Assembly (NCBI GenBank): GCA_013239625.1
Contig: MU053645.1
Span: 496,001-560,000, forward strand
Source: Lama guanicoe
Lineage: Eukaryota
Length of the DNA stretch: 64,000 nt
Direction of reading: 5' to 3'
Position numbers and translations under genes: made by a program. This document shows, in pieces, positions 12,947 through 24,280 of the stretch. A model generated the notes under the pieces. The model ran no database searches and was not told where the DNA came from. It saw only the letters and a list, made by a program, of their open reading frames with translations. The first letter of the stretch is position 1. Every line of letters begins with the position of its first letter.

Positions 12947-14294
12947 AAAAAAGTAACACATCATGAAGCAATTATTATCTGTTATAGCCATAGTATTGAG
13001 ATTATCATCTTTGACCCTATGGATGCGGGCAACAGAGGACAATGGAATCAGAAGAGGAAAGGAGTCTGGATCCTTCAAAACTTGACAACATGGATCTACC
13101 ATATCAGCTGTGGACTACTTACACATGGGTGAACATGCGAGGGGCAAAAAAAAAAAAACATTTCAATCTTGGTGAAGATGATGGGTATTTAGGTTTTTAT
13201 TTTTACAGCAGACCAACCTCTTATAACTAATTTGAATGATTTATCATCATCACCATGATTTACCAATACACAGAAGATCTAGTTTACATTTCAGGCTACC
13301 AAAATCACTTACAAAAAAGTAAGGAACTTGCTTATGAGATACTTTTAAGATTTTATTAAATAGATACGAACTCTGAAAGTCATATGTATATATTGATAGT
13401 TGTAAATGAACTGAGCCAAGTTTCTTCTTTCTGGGTCTCAGTTTCCCCATGTTTGAGAGAGAGAGTTGAACCACATAATTTCCAAGCTCTTTCCATTTAT
13501 AAAGGTGATGATTCTTAGAGTCTATAGGCTCTACTGCATTTTTGCTTGTGAGTGATTTGGTAAGATCAATCCAGGAAAGAGGATGGGATTTTTGAACATG
13601 GTGAGGGGAAAGCTATATTTAAGCTTGAATTATGGCTGCAAGAAGTTGATTATTAATTTCTTTTAATGCTGTGGTTACAGTATCTAACATTTGCACTCTC
13701 AAAAATGATCTATTATATTCAGAGAAATCTACTTCTATTGACAGAAGGGAATTCTGGTTCTAAAGTGGTGCTAAAGATAATCATCCTCCCTCTCCAGATT
13801 TTACACATTCTCTTCCCTTTTTCTCTTTCATCAGTAATATCTTAAGTGCACTTAAGCTCAATAGGGCAAAAAGTTTTCAAGTTCATGGCACTGTGATCAC
13901 TGCCATTTCTTCTCTACTTCTAGTCCTAGTCTTCCCCCTTCATGTCAAATATCTTTCTTGCTGATGCAAAGCATGTACGATGGAAGAAGAAGAGAAAGTG
14001 TGCAACTGCTTAAAAGTCGGAGGTAGAATTGCTGGACCTGTGAAATTCCTTCAAGCTCTCAATTTGTGATTAATCTATCATCACTACACTTAAAGAGAAT
14101 AGGGCACTGACTCTCATTTCAGTACACCTACCAAATCCAAAATGTTTTAATCTGAGACCAGTCATAAAATGTTGCTAATGTAGCTATGCAAAAATAGTGC
14201 TGGCCCCAAAGGAGCAAGTTTCAACAGACATAAAGCTATCAGGAAGACATACTTAAATGAGAATATACTGGTCATTCCCATGGAAAGAGTATAT

Positions 14295-14680
14295 CTGTAA
14301 GTCAACATAAGTTGTGCCTCAAAAACAATCATCCAAATACCATTATCTTAAAACAGCAAAGGTTTATTATTATTTAGCTTATTTAGATTTCATGTACAAT
14401 GTAGGTTAATGGAGTGGAGGCTCTGTCCATGGTAATCACTAAAAGACTCAAACTGGAGGAAGATCCATTTTGAAAAGTGCTTCCACCAAAGAAAGATAAT
14501 TGAAAGGCTGAAGCTAAGCATTGGCAATTAAATGCTTCCACCAAGAAATGACATGTGTCACTTCTGTTAATATTTCTATGGCCAAAGCAAGTCATATTGA
14601 CCACACTTAATTTCAGTGCATTCCTACCATACAGCTAGAAGAACTGAAATATTTCTGACAGCCTTACTGACTGCCATAGA
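14295..14680 (-). mobile_element. MLT1-type (ERVL-MaLR) solo LTR
   Basis: gaaatgacatgtgtcacttctgttaatatttctatggccaaagcaagtcat, typical of reverse MLT1. Confidence 0.7.
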
Positions 14681-15894
14681 GTATAAGACTGCAAATCATG
14701 TGACCAGAATTTCAGATTTAATTATTCAGTTAGATATGCAACTTATAGTTTTTAAACTCAATGTGCTCCATAATTTTCCACACTGGTTTGTTGTGAGGAT
14801 CAAAGAGGTAATAGAAAATGAAAAGTATCAACCATTAATCAAATGTAATTTTAAATTATCCATAATTTTATGATGAATTATTTTATTTAAAAATAGGGGC
14901 ATGAATGCTTCTTATGTAGGCAGAGTGTAAAAACTCAATTTGTGGGAATTTGGAATGGCAATCAAATAACAGCAACCATTCAGCAATAAATTACTATTTA
15001 TAAAAAGTATATACACAATCACTTCCTTGAAATGGTATGAGATCTGACTCTCTATAAAAAAATGAAAATGCTGCCAGTGTAGCCCTGGGGTTAGTGGCAT
15101 GCTCTAGAGATCCAGGGTCTGTGTTGACAGCGGGCTGGATGCAATGCCAATTATTTCATGCATTTAACAAAGATTGTAGCCACTCTCACATTCAGATGAT
15201 TTCTTTTTTTAAGCCAGCATACCGTGCATTGCAGTAATGAAAAGTATTAATTCAATGAATTGCTGCAATTACAATTGGCCATAATTAAAATTCACCCAGT
15301 TGGTATCTACTAGACTGACAAGAGTAGGGAAAAAGAGTTTAGGAGTTTAATAAGGTGGTGGTAACCAGGAATTCCCTTGTTGCTTCTCTGAAGGAGCCAA
15401 ATAACCATCAGTATTTTAAATATGGCAAACTTCAGGGATGCCTAAATGTTGTTACAAATACTTATCAGTCACATACAATGCCAGGAAAGCCTCATCTGTG
15501 TCCAATGACACTTCCACAAAATTTTCCATCACCTGGGGTAATTTGAGTTACCTTAAAAGATGTCATAAGATTCTAATAAGAACACTAAAGTAAGGGGTTT
15601 TAACTGTATTCTGATTTTTAAAAAAATAATAGTTTTATTGATCCATAACTCGTATACCTGATTTTCTTTTTAATATACCTGTGCTATATGACATATTGAG
15701 GAGAGGCAGAGAATGTCACAAAATCAAAGTTAGGGTTATAGGGGATACTGCTTGAAGAAAGGAGGATATCACCACTCACAATTTATCTTCTTGAGCAAGG
15801 CTTCTTTTTCCTGAGCAGGCAGCAATAACAGAAAACAATGTGGTGACTGCTGTGTTTATGCCTGTTATTTTTATTTTTGTCTCTGTTCCTCTGT

Positions 15895-15952
15895 GTCTCT
15901 GACTTTCTCTCTGTCTGTCTCTCTCTCATACACACCCCCCCCACACACACAC
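15895..15952. repeat. Compound (CT)n/(CA)n microsatellite
   Basis: Visible directly in sequence. Confidence 0.8.
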
Positions 15953-18900
15953 AGAGTTTTAGTGGTTTTATTATCTTCTCCTATTCTATTTATATGATGT
16001 TAATATGCCCAGGGGCCTGGAAGCAGAGCCTACCCTTTGTAATACTTAACAAATGAGTGAAATTACTGAAGAGGAGTGGCTCCATGAGGGCAACTTTCTG
16101 ATTTTTTTTTCTTTTTTTAGGGCTTTATTTTCCTTTCAAGAAAACTCTCCACAAATCCCTGGATAAATTCCATAGGCTATAGATATTTAGAAAAAATGTC
16201 CTGGCAAAAAGTATGAAATTTCTAATTCATCAATAATGTTTTATTTAACAAAGTCTGTAAAACTTTCCAGGCTAAGAAAATCCAAGGCAAATTGACAAAT
16301 GAGATTTTATATATCAGTCGTCCAGATTCACCCACAAATAATGGTATGGTAGAAGATACCAAATAATTCAGAATGACATAATCCACTGCAGTGGAATTAA
16401 TAATTCAAATGTAAATGAACTCTTCAGAAGAAAGGGGGGAAAAAAGATAGCCATTACTCAGAGATCTATACCTTTGGTAAGATGCTGTTTTATTTAGCTG
16501 GAAGTCCTCTTGTCCTCTTGTGTTCTTGGTATAATTCTCCACTGGGGGTCTGGCTCATCTCTAACCCTTAAAATAAATTATTCTGATTTTCTGCTAGAAC
16601 CATGGTTTACATATGTGCACTGTTTGTGTATGAATGTTCCCTGCCGTGTGTCAAGAGTGTGGAGAATGCTCATGCCTTCCATAGTCCATGGGCCTCAAAT
16701 CTAAGCTACTTTCCTCATAAATCTGCAGCTCTAGCCTTGAGGGAGTGTTCTGCTCTGGTTTCATGCTTAGTGAAGTGTTTGATTCATTGAGTCGTATCTT
16801 TCTATCTGTATCACTCCATCCCTTCCATTGTCTTGGATACCTAATATGTTTTAAGTTCTGAATCTTAGGTGCATCCCCCCCCCCAACTCCCAACAAGAGC
16901 TAGCCTTAAAGATTCCACTTAAAAAATACTTTCAAAATTGAAGTAAGCAATTTTCTCCCTCTCTCTCATCTCTATCTGCGTTTCTAGAGCTATCAAATTA
17001 GATAATTTCAATTATTTGCTGCACCCCTTTCCTCAAGGAATCTACTCAGCCAGATCAACTAGAAGATAGTTCCTCTGGAAATATCTGGGGCAGAATAGAA
17101 GGACATTTGCAGAATAGATGCTCAGAGAGATCATTTCATCCAGGCCTTTGACATCAGGTTGCTGTGAAATTATTTGGGTCTCTCAGGATTATTATATCTC
17201 TCCTTGAAGATCTACATAGTTTCCATCCGGGTGTTTCATTGTAGTCTATTTCACTAGAATAGCTAAAAAAAAGCTTCCTTATATCCCATTGAAATATTTT
17301 TTATTGTAATTTTATTCTGTTTCCTTGTTTACTCTTCTGCACAGATGGAAATGAAATACTAAAAATTTCTTATGCACGCAGACATTATTTTTGGGAAACT
17401 GGACCATAGTCTCTATTTCTGGTTAAACTGGAAGAGTATTTGTCTTTTGATTGTGTTAAGAACTTCAAAAACTCAAGTTCACTATTTCCCAAAATGATAT
17501 AAGTCAGCCTTCCAAACAAGGTACAGATACGAAGAATGTGAAGTCCTCTGAATGAATTAGGTAGGTAGTGAAAGGCAGAAACTTATAGGTACTTAAAAAC
17601 TGTGGCCAAGAAGCACAGTGAGAGAGATGGCCACATGCAGATACCCATTTCTAGAGCCCTTTTCCTGTCCCACCACTTCTATGCAACCTGCCCTCTTGAG
17701 CTTCATACTAGACTTAGGCACCAGGCTCTTCCTGGGTGGCTGCCATTAAGAATATACATGTTCCATTTGTGAAGTTGGCAATGGTTTTATTTCTCTAAGA
17801 AGACTTCTCTAAACAAAGCACTTTGTTTTGTTTTTCCCTTGTCTCGCCTCCATCCATACTGGCTCCCCAACCCTTGGCCTCCGGCTCCATTCCCATGTGA
17901 ATCACTACAAGCCAAGTTAGGATGGCAGCTCTCAGATTCTGAAGCTCTTCACCAGCCAAATTACTCTCCATAGATTGCTTAATTTGTGGAACATGTTCCA
18001 TAATCACATTTTTCTCCTGACTACCCTACAACCTTTCTATCTCCTTATTTCTTTGCCCCATTTCCTTTCCGTTGCTGACAGCAGGTGGTCAGTGGTGTCT
18101 TGGAAAGAAAACCTGGCACCAATTCAACCCAAAGCAGAAGAAACTGTGGTTCAATTAACTGTTATTTGCCAAGTATAGACTTTTATGGGAGACTAGGCCT
18201 TTCCAAACTGACTGCATAGATGGCCAGGGCTGGGGGTGGAGGTATAATGTGGGAAAGTGGTACAGAGACAGCAGTATCCAGATTTACAGCCACACCATAT
18301 CAGTCCATTAAAAGTCAACTTGGTTTTTCTGTACTTTGTTTATAAATCGAAATTAAAATTCCTGGAAACACTGGATCAAAAGATTTATGGTTAAAATGGC
18401 ACTGCACCCATTTTAAAGATGGGTCACTGGTGAGAGCAGATGCCACAGATGTCCCTCATAGCAAAATTGAAAAATACATACCAGAATAGAACTCCTTGGT
18501 TTCTACATTCTCAGAGCCTATGTACTTACCAAAAATCTCCTCAAAATCAACTTTATTCATAATTTATTTATATTTAACTTTCAGTTCTAGTTCCATTTTC
18601 AACAGACAATGGATTATAAGCCCACTGCCTGGCTCTAGAGAGCCAAAAGTGAATTTCAACGGATTCTCTGCTCCCCTGGCTATATTCTAATATGAACTAT
18701 ATTTTCCTTTAAAAACACCAATTTTGCCAACACCTACTGAATTCACAAACACCTAGTTCTCAAGGATGTGTAAAGTTCTAGAAAGTTTTTAGGAAGCAAT
18801 AGCCACTGGCATAGTATTTTACACCTAAAAAAATGGAGGCTTAAAAGATTTACCTGAAGAATACAGATGATAGAGCTGGCTGGTCTCCCACACAGGGATT

Positions 18901-19774
18901 CCTTCACTTACTCTTTGTGGGGAGCCACGTAAGGCCCTGTTAAAGATAGAACAGGCTAGTCTCTTTCCTGCTTTATTTGTTTGTCTAATATTCAGCAAAA
19001 AGCAGTCTTTGTATGTGGGGAAAGAATACGGGGTGGAAGAGAACGGCAAAGCCAAGCAGAGCAGGCATGGGGTCAGAGGCAGACTTGCTGCTTGTCCAGA
19101 ATAATGAATGGGTGAGTCGTCCCCATCCCACAAGTGATCTGACCACATCCTGGCTTCTCCGTACCACACAAAGGCTATGACATAAGACAAGCACTGCTAC
19201 ATTTGGCTTTCTTTGCTAACACTGCCCATCAGCCTATTATTGTGACATTCCAACAGTGTTACTACTATACTATTAGAAAGGGAAAGGTTGGCAGGCGCGG
19301 CATAGCTAGTTATTTCATTAAAGTTGACAGCTTTAAATGTGCTTCTGAAGGAAACAAACAGTTATCAAACAACGACATGCTAGTCCTCAAATACCCAAAG
19401 GGTCTTAAATTTTCCTTCATGGCTTTACCAGGTTTACGTGTCATGTTTTCCTGGAGCACCTGATTCAATGACAGTAGCAGTTATAGAAAATGATGCACTG
19501 CTCAAGGGCTACTTCACTTATAAAATACCAGGTCTTGGGGAGAAACTAGACATGCCGATCCTTAAACTCCCCAAATCATAGAAACTCTCGAGCATCCACT
19601 TAACTTGGTGTGGGCGAAGAGGCTGAAGATGAAGATGTCATTAAAAGTTCCTTAAGCCACTGTCAGTTCTGGCCCTCCAAACCTACTAAGTCATTATTAC
19701 CTGTCCCTCTTTCCTTCTCACTTTGTCTCCACGTAGTTCACTCTGGATTTCCTTGCCTTTATTTTTCTCTTAGG

Positions 19775-20010
19775 AGACAGCATGGTATATTAAAAACAGC
19801 ATGGACTTTGGTGGTAGACTGACCCAGATTTATAACCTTGCTTCATTGTGGCCATGAGATCCTGGGCAGTTTGCTTAGCTACTCTGTACCTCTACTTCCT
19901 CACCTGAAAAGTAGGTATGCTTATCAGTACCTCATAGTTTTGTGGAAAGGATTAAATAAGACTGTATGTGTAAAATAGCTTATACATAGAAAATACTTGA
20001 ATGTTAATCA
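19775..20010 (+). mobile_element. MIR SINE
   Basis: cagcatggactttgg...ctctgtacctctacttcctcacctgaaaagtagg...ggattaaataaga. Confidence 0.75.
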
Positions 20011-20149
20011 TTTTATTTCCCCTTCTTATTCTGTGCTCTGTCAGGTATCTCCTTTACTCTGCTTCTTTTAGCATAATCCTGTTGGTACCTCACAGGGCTA
20101 ATGGCACAGTGTGCCCATCCCTCTGCTTTTACATAGAGTCCAAAATATC

Positions 20150-20378
20150 AAATATCACAGTGATTCCAAGCACAGGATTTGGGGCGAGACTGCTCAAGTT
20201 CAAAGCCCAGCTCTGTTACTATCTGTTTTTCCTTAGTCAAGTCATTTAACTTCTCTCAGGCCCAATCTCACCCTTTGTAAAACAAGAATAATAGTCTTAC
20301 CCCACAGGATTTTGGTGAAGACAGAATGAGTCAATTCACGTTGCTGGCACATGATAGGTGTTCAATAAATGTGCATTG
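20150..20378 (+). mobile_element. MIR SINE
   Basis: gttcaaagcccagctctgttact...agtcatttaacttctc...ctggcacatgataggtgttcaataaatg. Confidence 0.75.
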
Positions 20379-20384
20379 TTAAAA

Positions 20385-21282
20385 ATCAAATGTTACCTTA
20401 TTAAAGACGCCTTCTTTGACTACCTATTTAAAATTGCAGCTATTATGACCCAGCAATTGCACTCCTGGGCAGATATCCAAAAACCACAAAAACACTAATT
20501 TGAAAAGTTACATGTACCCCAATGTTCATAGCAGCGTTATTTACAATTGCCAAGATACAGAAGCAACCTAAATGCCCATCAACAGATGAATGGATGAATG
20601 TGTGTGTGTGTATATATATACACCCACACACACACATATACACACACACTATTGGATACTACTCAGCTATAAAAAGAGCAAAATTTTGCCATTTGCAGCA
20701 ACGAGGATGGACTTGGAGAGCATTGCGCTAAGTTAAATAAGGCAGACAGGGAAAGATAAAAACTATATGATATCACTTATATGTGGAATCTAAAAAATTT
20801 AACCACATAGTGAATATAACAAAAAAGAAACAGACTCACACAGAGAATAAACTAGTGGTTACCAGTGGGGAGGGAGGGGCAATTTTGGGGTAGAGGAGTG
20901 AGAGGTACAAATTATTGGGTGTAAAATAGACTACAAGGATGTACTGTAAAACACAGGGAATACAGCCCAATATTTTGTAATAACTGTAAATGGAGTATAA
21001 CCTTTAAAAATTGTATTAAAAATAAAAAAATTAAAAATCACATTACTAAAAAAACAAAATTATAGCCATTACTCTTCCTTTCCTTTCCCTTACCCTGCTT
21101 CATTTTTGTTCTTAATCACTATCACCAAATGTTTGTGTATTTACTTATTTTTGCCTCACTCCCTCTACCACTAGAACATTACTTCCATGAGAACAAGCTC
21201 TTTATTTTCTTTAATCTCCAACACCTAGAAGAGCCCCTAAAACATAGTAGGCACTAAATAAACATCCACTGACTGGATGAAT
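20385..21282 (+). mobile_element. LINE-2 3' end split by an L1 insertion
   Basis: L2 3' motifs cactagaacattacttccatgagaacaag and catagtaggcactaaataaa; colinear across the L1. Confidence 0.65.
20445..21055 (+). mobile_element. 5'-truncated LINE-1 (about 610 bp)
   Basis: ORF2 C-terminal MFIAALFTIAKIQKQPKCPSTDEW; degenerate TSD aaaattgcagctatt 20430-20444 / aaaattatagccatt 21056-21070. Confidence 0.9.
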
Positions 21283-21857
21283 GTATTCTACGTAAGGCAT
21301 TCCAGTAAGAGGAGAATCTCAGCTCTTTCAGGAGGAGGGAGGCCATAACCTGACTGCAGGAGCCTTCCTATTGTCTTTTTAGGAAGAGTATCCTGAAAGC
21401 TGAGCTAAGCCCTCCGGTGACTGGAACACTTGATTGCTTCTCTTAAGCGCAGCCATAAACTCCTGCTTACCTGGCAGCATGGCTATGAGGCCTGTAATTA
21501 AGTTCCCTAAGTTGTCTTGTATTATGTGGCTTTACAAAAAAATTCTGCTTCCTTTAAATTTTCTTCCCAGGTAATAAAAGATTTTGAAGTGGTTTATCAC
21601 TTTAGTAGAGTAACCCTGGCTCTCAAATCCTGCCTTTTCCTTTTTAGTGGTATACTACCAAAGCAGATATGACAGGGCAGTGACAGTCAGAGCAACTCTA
21701 TGCACAATGGGAGTGAGAAGCAAGAGAGGTTCAAGCCAAGTGCCTCCGGCCATCTCCATTGTCCGTATCTACTTGTAAATCACAGGAACACGGAAGTGCT
21801 ACTCACAGTCAGCTTGTTTTCTATTCTAACCCTGAGAGCTTCTGTTGAGCATCTCAC

Positions 21858-21951
21858 CTGGCTGTGTGTTGTCCATTTGGTATTTGTGAATCTTTTCCAT
21901 CTTCTGATGTAAAACTCTGCATTGTCCCCGAAGCTCCCCTTCTGCTTATTT
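21858..21951 (-). other. Candidate exon (coding or non-coding)
   Basis: ctctgcAG acceptor and CAG|GTGAGA donor, 94 bp, two open frames. Confidence 0.25.
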
Positions 21952-23001
21952 CTGCAGAGCACTATTATTTTTAAGAAATACATTGTAGCAAAGGGCAGGA
22001 GAGAAGAGGGAATTAGGCATTAGCTCAGGGAGAAGCCAGGCTATTGTGCAGTGGCAAAATGAAGCAGAGGCACACTATTTACCAAATTGTGAGAGGAAAT
22101 AGCTCTGAGCTTTAGCATTACTCATATATGCTTTATATGCATGACCTTCAAATGGCAGTAACGAATATCACTTTTCTTGTTGATAAATATTGATTACTCT
22201 GTGCTAGTGGGAATCTGAAGTCCATTTGGATTTGATAACTACCAGCTGTGACTTATTAAGAGGCGACATGCCCCTCAGCGTGTTTGGCTGCTTGGGTAAC
22301 TCCTGTTCTTACCCATTCACCAATTCTAGGCCAGGGCATTCAAAGCACATATATATCAAAGAAGATTTCTGCCAGCACTTCTTCACTTTAGACCTAACTC
22401 CCCAGGGGAAGCTGAATCTTAATGGCTTCTGAAGGCGATCTGTGGACATTGATATTTGCTTGGACACATCCTTATTAACTGTCAACAACCATATGTTAGT
22501 GAGTGTATGGTACAAGGGTGTCCCAGCCACTTGAGGACTGTTACACCTTATTCTCAGGGTCCATGCTGTGGGTCATTTTAGAGGTCAAACATTCTACTGC
22601 TGACATTTTTCTGGAGAATAGCATTGCTTTGTAGGTTTAAGACTGACATGGTTTGGGGTTGATGGATTCTCTGGCTCAAGTGAATTACAACGAGCTGACT
22701 TCCATAATGTTACAGATCAGCCATGAAATAAAAAGCAGCATACTTAGAACAAGCCTGAAAGGAAATAAAACTCTGGGGCCCTAAGAAGTATCTGCTAATA
22801 AAAACTGGGAAGCTTCCCTCTAAAGTCTGCGTTCCCTTTCTATTTCTGCTTCTCTTCTTTGATTTCATGGAGGATAGGTTTATGGTGGGGGTCTTTGCTC
22901 TATTTTCCCTTGTTGGTGGTGATGATTTTGAGATCACCATAGAATATGATAAGAGAAGGGAAAAGAAAGAATGAGTATAATGCCCATAAACAAGAGAAAG
23001 G

Positions 23002-23490
23002 AAATGCAACTGATTTTTGAACGTTAATCTTGTAACCTGCTACCTTGCTGAATTCTTCAATCAACTCTAGTAGCTTTTGTGTGGACCTTTTAGGGTTTTC
23101 TATATATAGTAACATGTCATCAGCATATAGTGACACTTTTACCTCTTCTTTTCCAATTTGGATCCCTTTTATTTCTTTCTCTTGCCTGATTGCTGTGGCT
23201 AGGACTTCCAGGACTATGTTGAATAGGAGTGGTGATAGTGGGCATCCTTGTCTTGTCCCAGATTTTAGTGGGAAGCTTTTGAGTTTTTCACCGTTCAGTA
23301 CTATGCTGGCTGTAGGTTTGTCATATATAGCTTTTATTATGTTGAGATATGTTCCCTCTATACCCACTTTGACGAGAGTTTTTATCATAAATGGGTGTTG
23401 AATTTTATCAATTGCTTTTTCTGCATCGATTGAGAAGATCATGTGGTTTTTGTCCTTTCTCTTGTTGATGTGATGTATTACATTGATTGA
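23002..23490 (-). pseudogene. LINE-1 ORF2 reverse transcriptase fragment (inverted 5' part of a young L1)
   Basis: Open frame with [33 protein letters not shown] and catalytic LYADDM. Confidence 0.95.
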
Positions 23491-23668
23491 NNNNNNNNNN
23501 NNNNNNNNNNNNNNNNNNNNNNNNNNNNNNNNNNNNNNNNNNNNNNNNNNNNNNNNNNNNNNNNNNNNNNNNNNNNNNNNNNNNNNNNNNNNNNNNNNNN
23601 NNNNNNNNNNNNNNNNNNNNNNNNNNNNNNNNNNNNNNNNNNNNNNNNNNNNNNNNNNNNNNNNNNNN
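23491..23668. other. Assembly gap (178 N)
   Basis: Run of n. Confidence 1.
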
Positions 23669-24280
23669 AATGTTCATAGCAGCACTATTTACAATAGCCA
23701 AAACATGGAAACAGCCTAACTGTCCATCAACAGGTGACTGGATAAAGAAGATGTGGTATATTTATACAATGGAATACTACTCAGCCATAAAAACCGACAA
23801 CATAATGCCATTTGCAGCAACATGGATGCTCCTGGAGAATGCCATTTGCAGCAACATGGATGCTCCTGGAGAATGTCATTCTAAGTGAAGTAAGCCAGAA
23901 AGAGAAAGAAAAATACCATATGAGATAGCTCATATGTGGAATCTAAAAAACAAAAACAAAAACAAACAAACAAACAAACAAAAACAAAGCATAAATACAG
24001 GACAGAAATAGACTCACAGACAGAGAATACAGACTTGTGGTTGCCAGGGGGGTGGAGGGTGGGAAGGGATAGACTGGGATTTCAAAATTGTACAATAGAT
24101 AAACAAGATTACACTGTATAGCACAGGGAAATATACACAAAATGTTATGATAACTCACAGAGAAAAAAATGTGACAATGACTGTGTATATGTCCATGAAT
24201 GACTGAAAAATTGTGCTGAACACTGGAATTTGACACAACATTGTAAACTGATTATAAATCAATAAAAATGTTTAAAAAAA
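23669..24280 (+). mobile_element. Sense 3' part of the young 5'-inverted LINE-1, with poly(A)
   Basis: MFIAALFTIAKTWKQPNCPS...; aataaa then A-run; TSD aagagaaagg 22992-23001 / 24281-24290. Confidence 0.95.

Noticed and set aside
21465..21500. Possible 21-bp minus-strand microexon with CAG|GTAAGC donor
   Set aside because: Acceptor lacks a pyrimidine tract; no other support.
22900..23442. 180-aa reverse-transcriptase ORF as a novel RT system or host gene
   Set aside because: Standard L1 ORF2 sequence inside a TSD-bounded insertion; its C-terminal part is read-through into flank.
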